Shown here piece after piece: positions 27,612-35,089 of a DNA stretch of 64,000 nucleotides. The stretch's first letter is position 1. Each line of letters opens with the position of its first letter. The translations under genes and the position numbers were made by a program. The DNA is taken from the NCBI GenBank assembly GCA_000437855.1, contig FR902170.1:28692-92691 (forward strand). Reading direction: 5' to 3'. The DNA comes from Clostridium sp. CAG:567 (GTDB lineage Bacteria > Bacillota > Clostridia > TANB77 > CAG-508). A model generated the notes under the pieces. It saw only the letters and a program-made list of their open reading frames with translations, made no database searches and was not told the DNA's origin.

Positions 27612-28349
27612 TTACAAGCTGACATAATAACCTGATGACTGTTTTACTATAAATTCGGCAGCTTTTAATGCACCTTCAGCAAAAATACTACGTGAATATG
27701 CTGTATGTTTAATTTCAAGGCATTCATTTTCATTAAAAAACATAACACTATGTTCACCAATAATGTTTCCGCCACGAATACTAGAAAATCCAATTTCATT
27801 TGGATTTCTTTTTTCATGCTTTTGCATTCTATCTAATTTATAAAAATATTTATTATTATTTGCAGATTGAATTGCATCTGCAATTGACAATGCGGTCCCG
27901 CTTGGACTATCAGTTTTTTCACTGTGATGTGTTTCGATTATTTCAATTTCTGAATTTGGCAATTTTTGTGACAAATTACTTACAATATCTTTCATTAAAG
28001 AAATTTCATAAGACATATTAGCTGAGAGAAAAATAGGAATCTCATCAGAAGCTTCTAAAATTTGATCCTTTTGTTCTTGGTTAAAACCTGTTGTGGCTAT
28101 GACAAGTGCAATCTTTTTGCTTTTAGCAAAATTAAGAAAATTTATTGTTGATTCTGGTGCAGAGAAATCTATAACAACATTAGGTAATTCAAAAATATTA
28201 TTAAAATCATTATAAACAGGAAAACCAAGATTATGAATTATATGTCTGTCGAATCCACCTAATAAATACATATTAGGATGTTTTTTTATTTGTTTTGCAA
28301 CTTCAGTTCCCATTTTTCCATTAATACCATTTATTAATATTTTTATCAT
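27612..28349 (-). CDS. dapB: 4-hydroxy-tetrahydrodipicolinate reductase
   Basis: MIKILINGINGKMG (NAD fold) and IIETHHSEKTDSPSGTAL (E.HH..K.DAPSGTA motif). The start at M5 of the listed ORF follows GGAGG. Confidence 0.85.
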   Translation of the reverse strand: MIKILINGINGKMGTEVAKQIKKHPNMYLLGGFDRHIIHNLGFPVYNDFNNIFELPNVVIDFSAPESTINFLNFAKSKKIALVIATTGFNQEQKDQILEASDEIPIFLSANMSYEISLMKDIVSNLSQKLPNSEIEIIETHHSEKTDSPSGTALSIADAIQSANNNKYFYKLDRMQKHEKRNPNEIGFSSIRGGNIIGEHSVMFFNENECLEIKHTAYSRSIFAEGALKAAEFIVKQSSGYYVSL

Positions 28350-28459
28350 AAAAACCTCCAAGAATATAATTTTAGGGACGAAGTAAAATCATATTTTATG
28401 TTAGAAAGTAAATAATGATTTTAACTACGTCCCAGTAATTATAATATATTCAATTAAAT

Positions 28460-29011
28460 TTATATTATTCTAAAAACAACCAAACTTAAAAATACATAAG
28501 CATATTTATAGAAAGTTTTTGAATGGAAAATTTGTGATAAGTGACGAGATATTTCAAAAATAGCACTATATTTATCAGCAAAAGTTACTACAACTGTTTC
28601 TTTATAGTGAGGAATTTTAATAGTAACTGGCCACATGTGATTAACTATTACGTCTTTTTCAATATCATTTAAATTAAATATTTGAGTTGCATTTCTTAAA
28701 GCAATTTTAGGGTGCATAAATGCATGTTGACCTTTCCAGCTTTTATCTTCTCTAATGTGAGTATGCCAGTCATATAAAAATAAATCATGAAGCATTGCAC
28801 CACGAGTAGCTGATATGTAATCTAAATTTAAACGTTTACAAACTATATATGTGTAATAAGCAACTTGCATACAGTGCTTATAACAAGAAGTACCTGCATG
28901 TTGATTATATATTTTCATTTCTTGAACTTTTGAACTTTTTAATAAGTCATTTATAATAGAGAAAAATTCTTCTAATGAAGTATTTTTAGCTATTAAATCT
29001 TTTGTTATCAT
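28460..29011 (-). CDS. HD-domain phosphohydrolase
   Basis: H...V........C......D......GAMLHDLFLYDWH: His...HD...D metal-binding pattern. Confidence 0.7.
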   Translation of the reverse strand: MITKDLIAKNTSLEEFFSIINDLLKSSKVQEMKIYNQHAGTSCYKHCMQVAYYTYIVCKRLNLDYISATRGAMLHDLFLYDWHTHIREDKSWKGQHAFMHPKIALRNATQIFNLNDIEKDVIVNHMWPVTIKIPHYKETVVVTFADKYSAIFEISRHLSQIFHSKTFYKYAYVFLSLVVFRII

Positions 29012-29271
29012 AAGGTAAAATCCCCTTTTCTTAATATACTTAAATTATATCACAGTAACATCAAAAATGATACTAATTTAATATAATTTTAATAAATTGA
29101 CAGAAGTCAACAAATCCATTAAGACATGCATGCATGAAAACATGACTAATGATTTCATGCTTGAAATCATTAATAGAGTGGTAAGAGAGCAGACAAACGA
29201 AATTCAAGAAATGATTGAAGAGGTTGTTCAGGAGATTGCAAATGCAGCCTCTTTTTGCTATTAAATTAAAT

Positions 29272-30156
29272 CTATATCAAATTAAATTTTTGCATTTCAG
29301 TTTCTAAAATTTTCTGTTTTTCTAAAGACATTGTAACTAAAGGTAAACGAACTTTCATACTATCATAGCCCATCATAGACAAAGCAGATTTTACAGGAAT
29401 AGGGTTGGTTTCACAAAATAGACTATCTATTAAAGAAATTGATTTTATTTGAGAGTCCTTTGATAAAGTATAATTACCACTCAGGTAATCAAAAACCATA
29501 TTATGAACAAGTTTAGGAGCAATATTTGAAAGTACAGAAATAACACCAATTCCGCCTAAAGATAAAATAGGGAGGGTTTGGTCATCATTGCCAGAATAAA
29601 TATGTAAATTATCTCTACATAAACTGGCAATTTTAGCTATTTGAGATATATTACCACTTGCTTCTTTTATAGCTACAATATTAGAAATTTTAGAAAGTTC
29701 TAAACAAGTTTTTGGTTCTATGTTTAAACCTGTTCTACTAGGAACATTATATAAAATAATTGGCAAAGAAGTATTTTTAGCTATTTCTGTGTAATGCATA
29801 ATTAAGCCATTTTGAGTAGTTTTATTATAATATGGTGTAACAAGTAGTAAACCATCTGCACCAATGCTTTCAGCATATTTACTAAATTCAATTACATCTT
29901 TTGTGTTATTTCCACCTGCACCGACAATAACAGGAATTTGTCTATGTACATTATCAATAGCAAATTTAGCAACTTGCTTTTTTTCTTCTAAGGTCATTGT
30001 AGAAGATTCACCAGTTGTACCAAGAATAATAAGAGCATCAGTACCTTGTTGAATTTGAAAATCAATAAGTTTTTTTAATATGTCAAAATCGACGCCATCT
30101 TCAGTAAAAGGGGTAACTAAGGCTGTACCACAACCAATAAATATATTCTTTTTCAA
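29272..30156 (-). CDS. dapA: 4-hydroxy-tetrahydrodipicolinate synthase
   Basis: GCGTALVTPF...D...L..LI.FQI..G.DALI.LGTTGES.T...EK, YNVPSRTG, AIKEASG (Schiff-base Lys). The likely TTG start at 30156 follows GGAGGT. The listed 30210 ATG adds an unlikely N-terminal extension. Confidence 0.88.
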   Translation of the reverse strand: MKKNIFIGCGTALVTPFTEDGVDFDILKKLIDFQIQQGTDALIILGTTGESSTMTLEEKKQVAKFAIDNVHRQIPVIVGAGGNNTKDVIEFSKYAESIGADGLLLVTPYYNKTTQNGLIMHYTEIAKNTSLPIILYNVPSRTGLNIEPKTCLELSKISNIVAIKEASGNISQIAKIASLCRDNLHIYSGNDDQTLPILSLGGIGVISVLSNIAPKLVHNMVFDYLSGNYTLSKDSQIKSISLIDSLFCETNPIPVKSALSMMGYDSMKVRLPLVTMSLEKQKILETEMQKFNLI

Positions 30157-30235
30157 AACAATACCTCCATATTTTTTTATATAATATGTAGGCACAACAA
30201 AAAATGCCAACTAAAAATTAGTTGACATTTATAAT

Positions 30236-31177
30236 TTATTTTAAAAATCCACTTATAATTTGCTCTTCAGCTTCTTTTTCTGTAAGACCAAGAGTCATAA
30301 GTTTAATAAGTTGTTCTCCTGCAATTTTTCCAATGGCAGCTTCATGAAGCAAACTTGCATCAATATCATTTGCTACTATTTTAGGAGTAGAAGTAACTTT
30401 TGCCTTATCCATAATAATTGCATCACATTCAACATGTCCAAAGCATTTGTTATTTCCATTAACATTTGAACTAAATTCTTGAACAGAGTTGTCTCTTGCA
30501 ATAGCACGAGAAGCAACATGTACACTAGAATTTTCACCATTTAAGTCAATATCAAAAATGCTTTTAGCTATTTGATTTGCAGAAGTCATAACTCTTTCTG
30601 TAATAACTAAACTTGTATTATCGCCAAGTTCACCTTTAGTTTCACGAACTGTAGAAGAAACACCTTCAATTTGAATAGTTTCCATTTCTAATGTAGAACC
30701 TTCTTCAAGATTTACAATTGTTTGTGGGTTTAAAATTCTATCTCCAGTTCCATTACCTTCTCCATAATGTTTTTCAATGTATTTTACCTTAGCTCCTTTT
30801 GATAAGTGGAATGTATGAATACCATCATGTTCTGAAGTTTCACAAGAGCTGTTATGAATACCACAACCTGCTACAATTACAACATCAGCATTTTCTCCAA
30901 CATAAAAATCATTGTATACAACATCATTAAAACCTGCTTCAGTTAATATAACTGGAATGTGTACACTTTCATTTTTAGTATTTGGTTTAATAATAATATC
31001 AATACCAGGTTTGTCTTGTTTTGTGACAATATCAATATTGGCAGTAGTATTTCTAGCAACACCTTTACCATTTTCACGAATATTGTATGCACCAATTGGA
31101 GTTTTTTCGATATCAGCAATGGTTTTTAATAGATTTTTTTCAATTGTATCTAATTTATTTTCAATTTCATTACTCAT
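30236..31177 (-). CDS. SufB/SufD-family FeS-cluster assembly scaffold (short form)
   Basis: Beta-helix core with ...H....G.....K.......G........Q.....T...SR.I..D......F......N..C.GH.ECD......A...T.P.I.....DA.L.HEA.IGKI..EQL.YL...GL.E.EA...I..GF. The start at MSNEIEN follows AAGGAGGT. Lies downstream of sufC. Confidence 0.75.
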   Translation of the reverse strand: MSNEIENKLDTIEKNLLKTIADIEKTPIGAYNIRENGKGVARNTTANIDIVTKQDKPGIDIIIKPNTKNESVHIPVILTEAGFNDVVYNDFYVGENADVVIVAGCGIHNSSCETSEHDGIHTFHLSKGAKVKYIEKHYGEGNGTGDRILNPQTIVNLEEGSTLEMETIQIEGVSSTVRETKGELGDNTSLVITERVMTSANQIAKSIFDIDLNGENSSVHVASRAIARDNSVQEFSSNVNGNNKCFGHVECDAIIMDKAKVTSTPKIVANDIDASLLHEAAIGKIAGEQLIKLMTLGLTEKEAEEQIISGFLK

Positions 31178-31178
31178 A

Positions 31179-31904
31179 TTAGTTACCTCCTTTTTCAAGC
31201 ATCACTTTACATGGCTTTTGAGTGTTTTTTAAAAGTAGGGGAAGAACCTCTTCTTTTTGACCAACGGCTTGTACTTTTCCATCAACAAGTAAAATAATTT
31301 CATCTGCAATATTTAAAATTTTTTCTTGATGAGAAATAATAACTATTGAAGAATTACTAATTTCAGAATGCATTTTTTCAAATACAGAAATTAAGCTATT
31401 AAAGCTCCATAAATCAATACCAGCCTCAGGTTCATCAAACACTGTAAGTTTGGATTTTTTAGCTGCAAGCATAGCAATTTCAATACGTTTTAATTCTCCA
31501 CCAGAAAGTGAATTACTAACTTCTCTGTTTAAATAGTCTTTTGCACATAAACCTACATCAGAAAGATAATTACATGCTTCTGAAACATTTATAGTATTAC
31601 CAGAACTTAATTCTATTAAATCTCTAACAGTTAAACCTTTGAATTTTACTGGTTGTTGAAATGCAAAACCAATTCCAAGTTTAGCCCTATCAGTAATTCC
31701 CATAGCAGTAATGTCTTTTCCATCAAAAAAAATACTACCAGAATCGGGTTTTAAAATTCCCATAATAATCTTAGCAAGAGTGGATTTACCAGAGCCATTA
31801 GGACCAGTTATTGCAACTAACTTGCTATTATCTATTTTTAAACTTATGTTATCTAAAATTTGTTTATTGTCTCTGAAATAAGAAACATTTTTAAGCTCTA
31901 ACAT
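31179..31904 (-). CDS. sufC: FeS-cluster assembly ATPase SufC
   Basis: Walker A GPNGSGKSTL, signature LSGGE.KR.EI, Walker B LTVFDEPEAGIDL, H-loop ISH. Confidence 0.9.
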   Translation of the reverse strand: MLELKNVSYFRDNKQILDNISLKIDNSKLVAITGPNGSGKSTLAKIIMGILKPDSGSIFFDGKDITAMGITDRAKLGIGFAFQQPVKFKGLTVRDLIELSSGNTINVSEACNYLSDVGLCAKDYLNREVSNSLSGGELKRIEIAMLAAKKSKLTVFDEPEAGIDLWSFNSLISVFEKMHSEISNSSIVIISHQEKILNIADEIILLVDGKVQAVGQKEEVLPLLLKNTQKPCKVMLEKGGN

Positions 31905-32094
31905 AATTTTACCTCCTTAAAATTTAGCACATATATTGTACCACAAAATAAGCAAAAATACTAGATTTTAATAATATTTAGTAAAAATAAGGCTTAAAGA
32001 GTAATAAATTAAGCAAAAGTTATTGCAAATTCTGGAAAAATATATTATTATAATACTACAAATCAAAAGAAAAATAATAGAAAGAGGCACAAAT

Positions 32095-32187
32095 ATGACA
32101 AAAGCCAGAACTGTTGCAAGAGTAAAGAGAGCTACATTTTTAACAAATAAGCAAGCTAAGAAATTAGCTTTATTAGTGATATATTAA
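32095..32187 (+). CDS. Conserved 30-aa basic leader ORF, copy A (could instead be a structured leader RNA)
   Basis: ATG 32095 preceded by AGAAAGAGGCAC. MTKARTVARVKRATFLTNKQAKKLALLVIY*. A paralogous copy at 51473 differs by an in-frame 3-nt indel. It contains the conserved hairpin AAGCTAA-GAAA-TTAGCTT (32153-32170). Confidence 0.4.
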   Translation: MTKARTVARVKRATFLTNKQAKKLALLVIY

Positions 32188-32188
32188 A

Positions 32189-32220
32189 AGCAGACTATGT
32201 ATAAAGGTAGTCTGCTTTTG
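32189..32220 (+). terminator. Hairpin plus T-run immediately after leader ORF A (attenuator-like)
   Basis: GCAGACTA (32190-32197) / TAGTCTGC (32208-32215) followed by TTTTG. Confidence 0.6.
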
Positions 32221-32275
32221 TGTGCTTTAAACAGATTTTAATATTAAAAATAAATAAAGAAAATTAAAGAAAGGG

Positions 32276-32294
32276 TATGACAAAATAAGTCATA
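32276..32294 (+). promoter_or_regulatory. Dyad TATGAC-N7-GTCATA just upstream of the RBS of pilin-like gene A
   Basis: Embedded in the conserved block AAAGAAAGGGTATGAC..GTCATAAAAAGGTG. The paralogous copy B reads TATGAT-N7-ATCATA, a compensatory change that keeps the dyad. Confidence 0.5.
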
Positions 32295-32313
32295 AAAAGG
32301 TGAAAACTAAAAA

Positions 32314-33642
32314 ATGAAAATAAATAGTAAAAAAGGCAAAACAAATTACTTAAATCAAAAAGGTATTACTCTAATAGCATTAGTAGTAACAATAGTTGTT
32401 CTTTTGATTTTAGCGGGGGTAAGTATAAACACTCTATTTGGAGATAATGGAATAATTAAAAAGGCACAAGATGCCCAAAACAGAATGAATAACGCACAAG
32501 AAAGTGATTTAAATGCACTAAATGAATTAGATGAATTTATATATGATGCAACAGGAAAATTACCAAGTACGGAAGATACGACACCATATTATCCAGATGG
32601 AACATTTTCAAAAGTAAGTAGGACAAATTTAAGTAATGGCTTAGTAATACAAGATGCAAATAAAAATGAATATGTATGGATAGAGGTACCAAAAAGCTTG
32701 TATGAAAATAGTAGTTATAATACAAAAACAACAACAGCAGATCAAAAACCGGCAAATTCAGAAGATTATGGTAAAATAGAATATTGCTTACATAAATATA
32801 CAGAAACTTATAGAAATGGTACAAGTTTTTCAGACACATATTATTCAGATGAAATGACAGGATTAACAAAAATAAAATACAATGAACTAAAACAAAAAAT
32901 GTTAAAAAGTGTATATGAAAATGGAGGCTTTTGGATAGGAAGATATGAAGCAGGAATAGCGGGAAATAGAACTTCTGGAAATATAGATTTAGAAACAGCA
33001 CCAGCTCCATTATCAACATCAAAAACAGGAACAGAAGAAAATCCAGTATATCCATATACTTATGTAACATGTAGCCAAGCACAAACACTAGCAAGTAAAT
33101 TATCAACAGGAAAAGGTTATACAAGTAGTTTAATGTTTGGAGTACAATGGGATTTAATCTTAAAACATATAGAAACAAAAGAAGTAAAAAAAGGAACAAC
33201 ATTAGAAACAATACAAAGTGCTCTAAAAGATGATAGCTCATCTTGGGGAAATTACTATAATGCAAGTTTTGAAATAAACAGAGGAAAATATGCCAAGTTT
33301 GGAGCAATAAGTACATGGTATAATTATAATAATGAAAATGGATTAGAAAATTGTGTAACATACGCAAATGGAACAAGTACAAAAGTACAAGCAACTTCGA
33401 AGAGTAGTGCAATATTATTAACAACAGGAGCAAGTGATACATGTAAAAAAATGAATATATATGACTTGGCTGGAAATGTAAGGGAATGGACATTAGAACG
33501 TTACTCTGGACGAACATCTCGTTGCGCTGATCGAGGAGGTTGTTACGCTTCAAGCTCTAGCTATTCAGTTTCTGGCCATACCTACATGGATGATACGTCC
33601 GGCACCCCAAACCTTGGCTTCAGGCTCTCACTTTATAAGTAG
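32314..33642 (+). CDS. Pilin-like N-terminal anchor fused to an FGE-sulfatase/SUMF1-type (C-type-lectin fold) domain, with a composition-shifted C-terminal 44 codons
   Basis: The N-terminus KG-ITLIALVVTIVVLLILAGVSI resembles a prepilin leader plus hydrophobic helix. C-terminal domain blocks are GGFWIGRYE, MFGVQWD, YDLAGNVREWT, RGG....., LGFRL. Confidence 0.75.
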   Translation: MKINSKKGKTNYLNQKGITLIALVVTIVVLLILAGVSINTLFGDNGIIKKAQDAQNRMNNAQESDLNALNELDEFIYDATGKLPSTEDTTPYYPDGTFSKVSRTNLSNGLVIQDANKNEYVWIEVPKSLYENSSYNTKTTTADQKPANSEDYGKIEYCLHKYTETYRNGTSFSDTYYSDEMTGLTKIKYNELKQKMLKSVYENGGFWIGRYEAGIAGNRTSGNIDLETAPAPLSTSKTGTEENPVYPYTYVTCSQAQTLASKLSTGKGYTSSLMFGVQWDLILKHIETKEVKKGTTLETIQSALKDDSSSWGNYYNASFEINRGKYAKFGAISTWYNYNNENGLENCVTYANGTSTKVQATSKSSAILLTTGASDTCKKMNIYDLAGNVREWTLERYSGRTSRCADRGGCYASSSSYSVSGHTYMDDTSGTPNLGFRLSLYK

Positions 33643-33794
33643 CTACTTAAAACTGGATTGATGGACCAGAGAAAGTGAATAAGGTTATGATTTTAGTGCT
33701 AATGTATTTAATACAACTTTAGCTAAAGATAAAACTTATAAAAGGGAAAAATATCAGAATCAAAGTGTATTAAGCAAGAAAATGTAAACAAATA

Positions 33795-33824
33795 AAAACC
33801 TGAAGCCAAGAGGCCTCAGGTTTT
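33795..33824. terminator. Bidirectional terminator overlapping the arginase stop
   Basis: AAAACCTGA (33795-33803) / TCAGGTTTT (33816-33824) with a 12-nt GC-rich loop. Confidence 0.65.
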
Positions 33825-34854
33825 AAAATTTTTCAATCCATTTATTTAAAATATTTGTAGCAATTTCTTTTGTAACATTATTTTTATCAAATAATGGATT
33901 ATATTCAACTAAATCAGCTGATTTAATAATATTACTATACTTTGTAATCTCATCTGCTAAAGCATAAGTTTCTTCTAAATTAATGCCATTTTTAGCTGGA
34001 ATTGAAACACCAGGGGCAACAGTAGGATCTATTAAATCTAAATCAAAACTAATATGTACTCCATCTGTTCCGTTTGAAGCAATAGCAAAAGCTTTTTTAC
34101 AAATTTCTTCAACTCCATATTTTTTAATATCTTCAGTAGAAAATACAGTAACACCTGCATCTAATACATTACCCCATTCCCATGGATCAATATCTCTACC
34201 ACCAACAATAACAGCATTTTTGAAATTGTAAAATGGACCATCATGAAAATCAGCTAATATACTTTTTTCATAATGTGTAGCAACTGCTAGAGGCAAACCG
34301 TGTAAGTTACCAGTAACAGAAGTAGGGTAGGTATTGAAATCAGCATGTGAATCAAACCATATAATTCCCATATTTTTGTTTTCTTTTATAGAACCTAAGC
34401 TTGAACCAATTGCAGTAATATGGTCTCCACCTACAAGTAAAGGAAATTCACCATTTTGAATAACTTTACGAGTTATGTTGTATAACTTTTGATTAAATTC
34501 ATTGATTTCTTCTAAGTTTCTTTTTTCGTTTTTTGAATCTAGCGCTTTAACTGCTAAAACTAAGTTATGCATTTTTGTGTAGTATGCATCCTTTTCTGCA
34601 TTATTCATATTTTCTTCAAAATGAATTTCATGCATTTCTAGTAACAAATCATCAAATTTTGATACAAAACTATTAATATCATTTGAATCGGAATTTGAGT
34701 GAGATTCTTCACTTTTTTTGCTACCTTTCAAAATATAATTTTGAGAAATATTGCTTGGTTTTAAACCTTCTGTTAAGGCTTGTGCCCCAAGCTCAGCACC
34801 ATCAATCTTTAGACCTAAGTCAGTGCATGCACTTATAATTGATATTTTTTTCAT
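33823..34854 (-). CDS. Arginase/ureohydrolase family enzyme with an N-terminal insertion
   Basis: GGDH(I)TAIG, IWFDSHADFNT and HISFDLDLIDP Mn-binding motifs. There is an extra roughly 70-80 aa acidic/helical segment after residue ~45. Confidence 0.8.
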   Translation of the reverse strand: MKKISIISACTDLGLKIDGAELGAQALTEGLKPSNISQNYILKGSKKSEESHSNSDSNDINSFVSKFDDLLLEMHEIHFEENMNNAEKDAYYTKMHNLVLAVKALDSKNEKRNLEEINEFNQKLYNITRKVIQNGEFPLLVGGDHITAIGSSLGSIKENKNMGIIWFDSHADFNTYPTSVTGNLHGLPLAVATHYEKSILADFHDGPFYNFKNAVIVGGRDIDPWEWGNVLDAGVTVFSTEDIKKYGVEEICKKAFAIASNGTDGVHISFDLDLIDPTVAPGVSIPAKNGINLEETYALADEITKYSNIIKSADLVEYNPLFDKNNVTKEIATNILNKWIEKF

Positions 34855-35089
34855 TTTAAACCCTTCTTTAAACTTTCACTAACATGATGATGATAATTAT
34901 CAAACATCAGAAGTATGGCAAAAATTATATCAATAAGCTAAAAAAAAGTCTAGTGTTTTAATAAAAAAGTCCTTCTTTTATGGAAGGATTTTTTATTGTA
35001 TAGGAAAATGTTATATACAAGGGTTAAGTTACACTGAATTGTGTGTATTTGTATAGCAAAATGCACGTATGAAGAAGCAACTATTCATA

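Noticed and set aside
28362-28459. Long imperfect hairpin (GGGACGAAGTAAAATCAT ... ATGATTTTAACTACGTCCC) upstream of dapB, considered as a lysine riboswitch
   Set aside because: The spacer is under 100 nt and shows none of the L-box helices or conserved junction motifs. It is most simply the terminator or processing hairpin after the HD gene.
29142-29264. 40-codon ORF (MTNDFMLEIINRVVREQTNEIQEMIEEVVQEIANAASFCY) in the slightly GC-richer dapA / HD-gene spacer
   Set aside because: It has no convincing RBS and is on the opposite strand to both flanking genes. The same DNA contains a 10-bp hairpin (AATGATTTCA/TGAAATCATT) and an extended -10 promoter for the minus-strand HD gene. It could be a gene remnant or a small peptide gene, but I cannot support that.
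32537-33553. 338-aa ORF on the minus strand, antisense to pilin-like gene A
   Set aside because: The composition is extremely L/F/Y/H-rich, typical of the reverse frame of an A-rich coding strand. It has no RBS and is fully contained in a gene with clear domain content. The same reasoning applies to the other long antisense ORFs in the track, e.g. 24044-24730, 26444-26941, 11887-12324, 1134-1568, 3597-4007, 56012-56446 and 63617-64000.
33683-33787. Open 34-codon stretch GYDFSANVFNTTLAKDKTYKREKYQNQSVLSKKM* downstream of pilin-like gene A
   Set aside because: It looks protein-like but has no start codon or RBS, and stops lie immediately upstream. At most it is a decayed 3' fragment of an earlier gene, and it is too short to assign.
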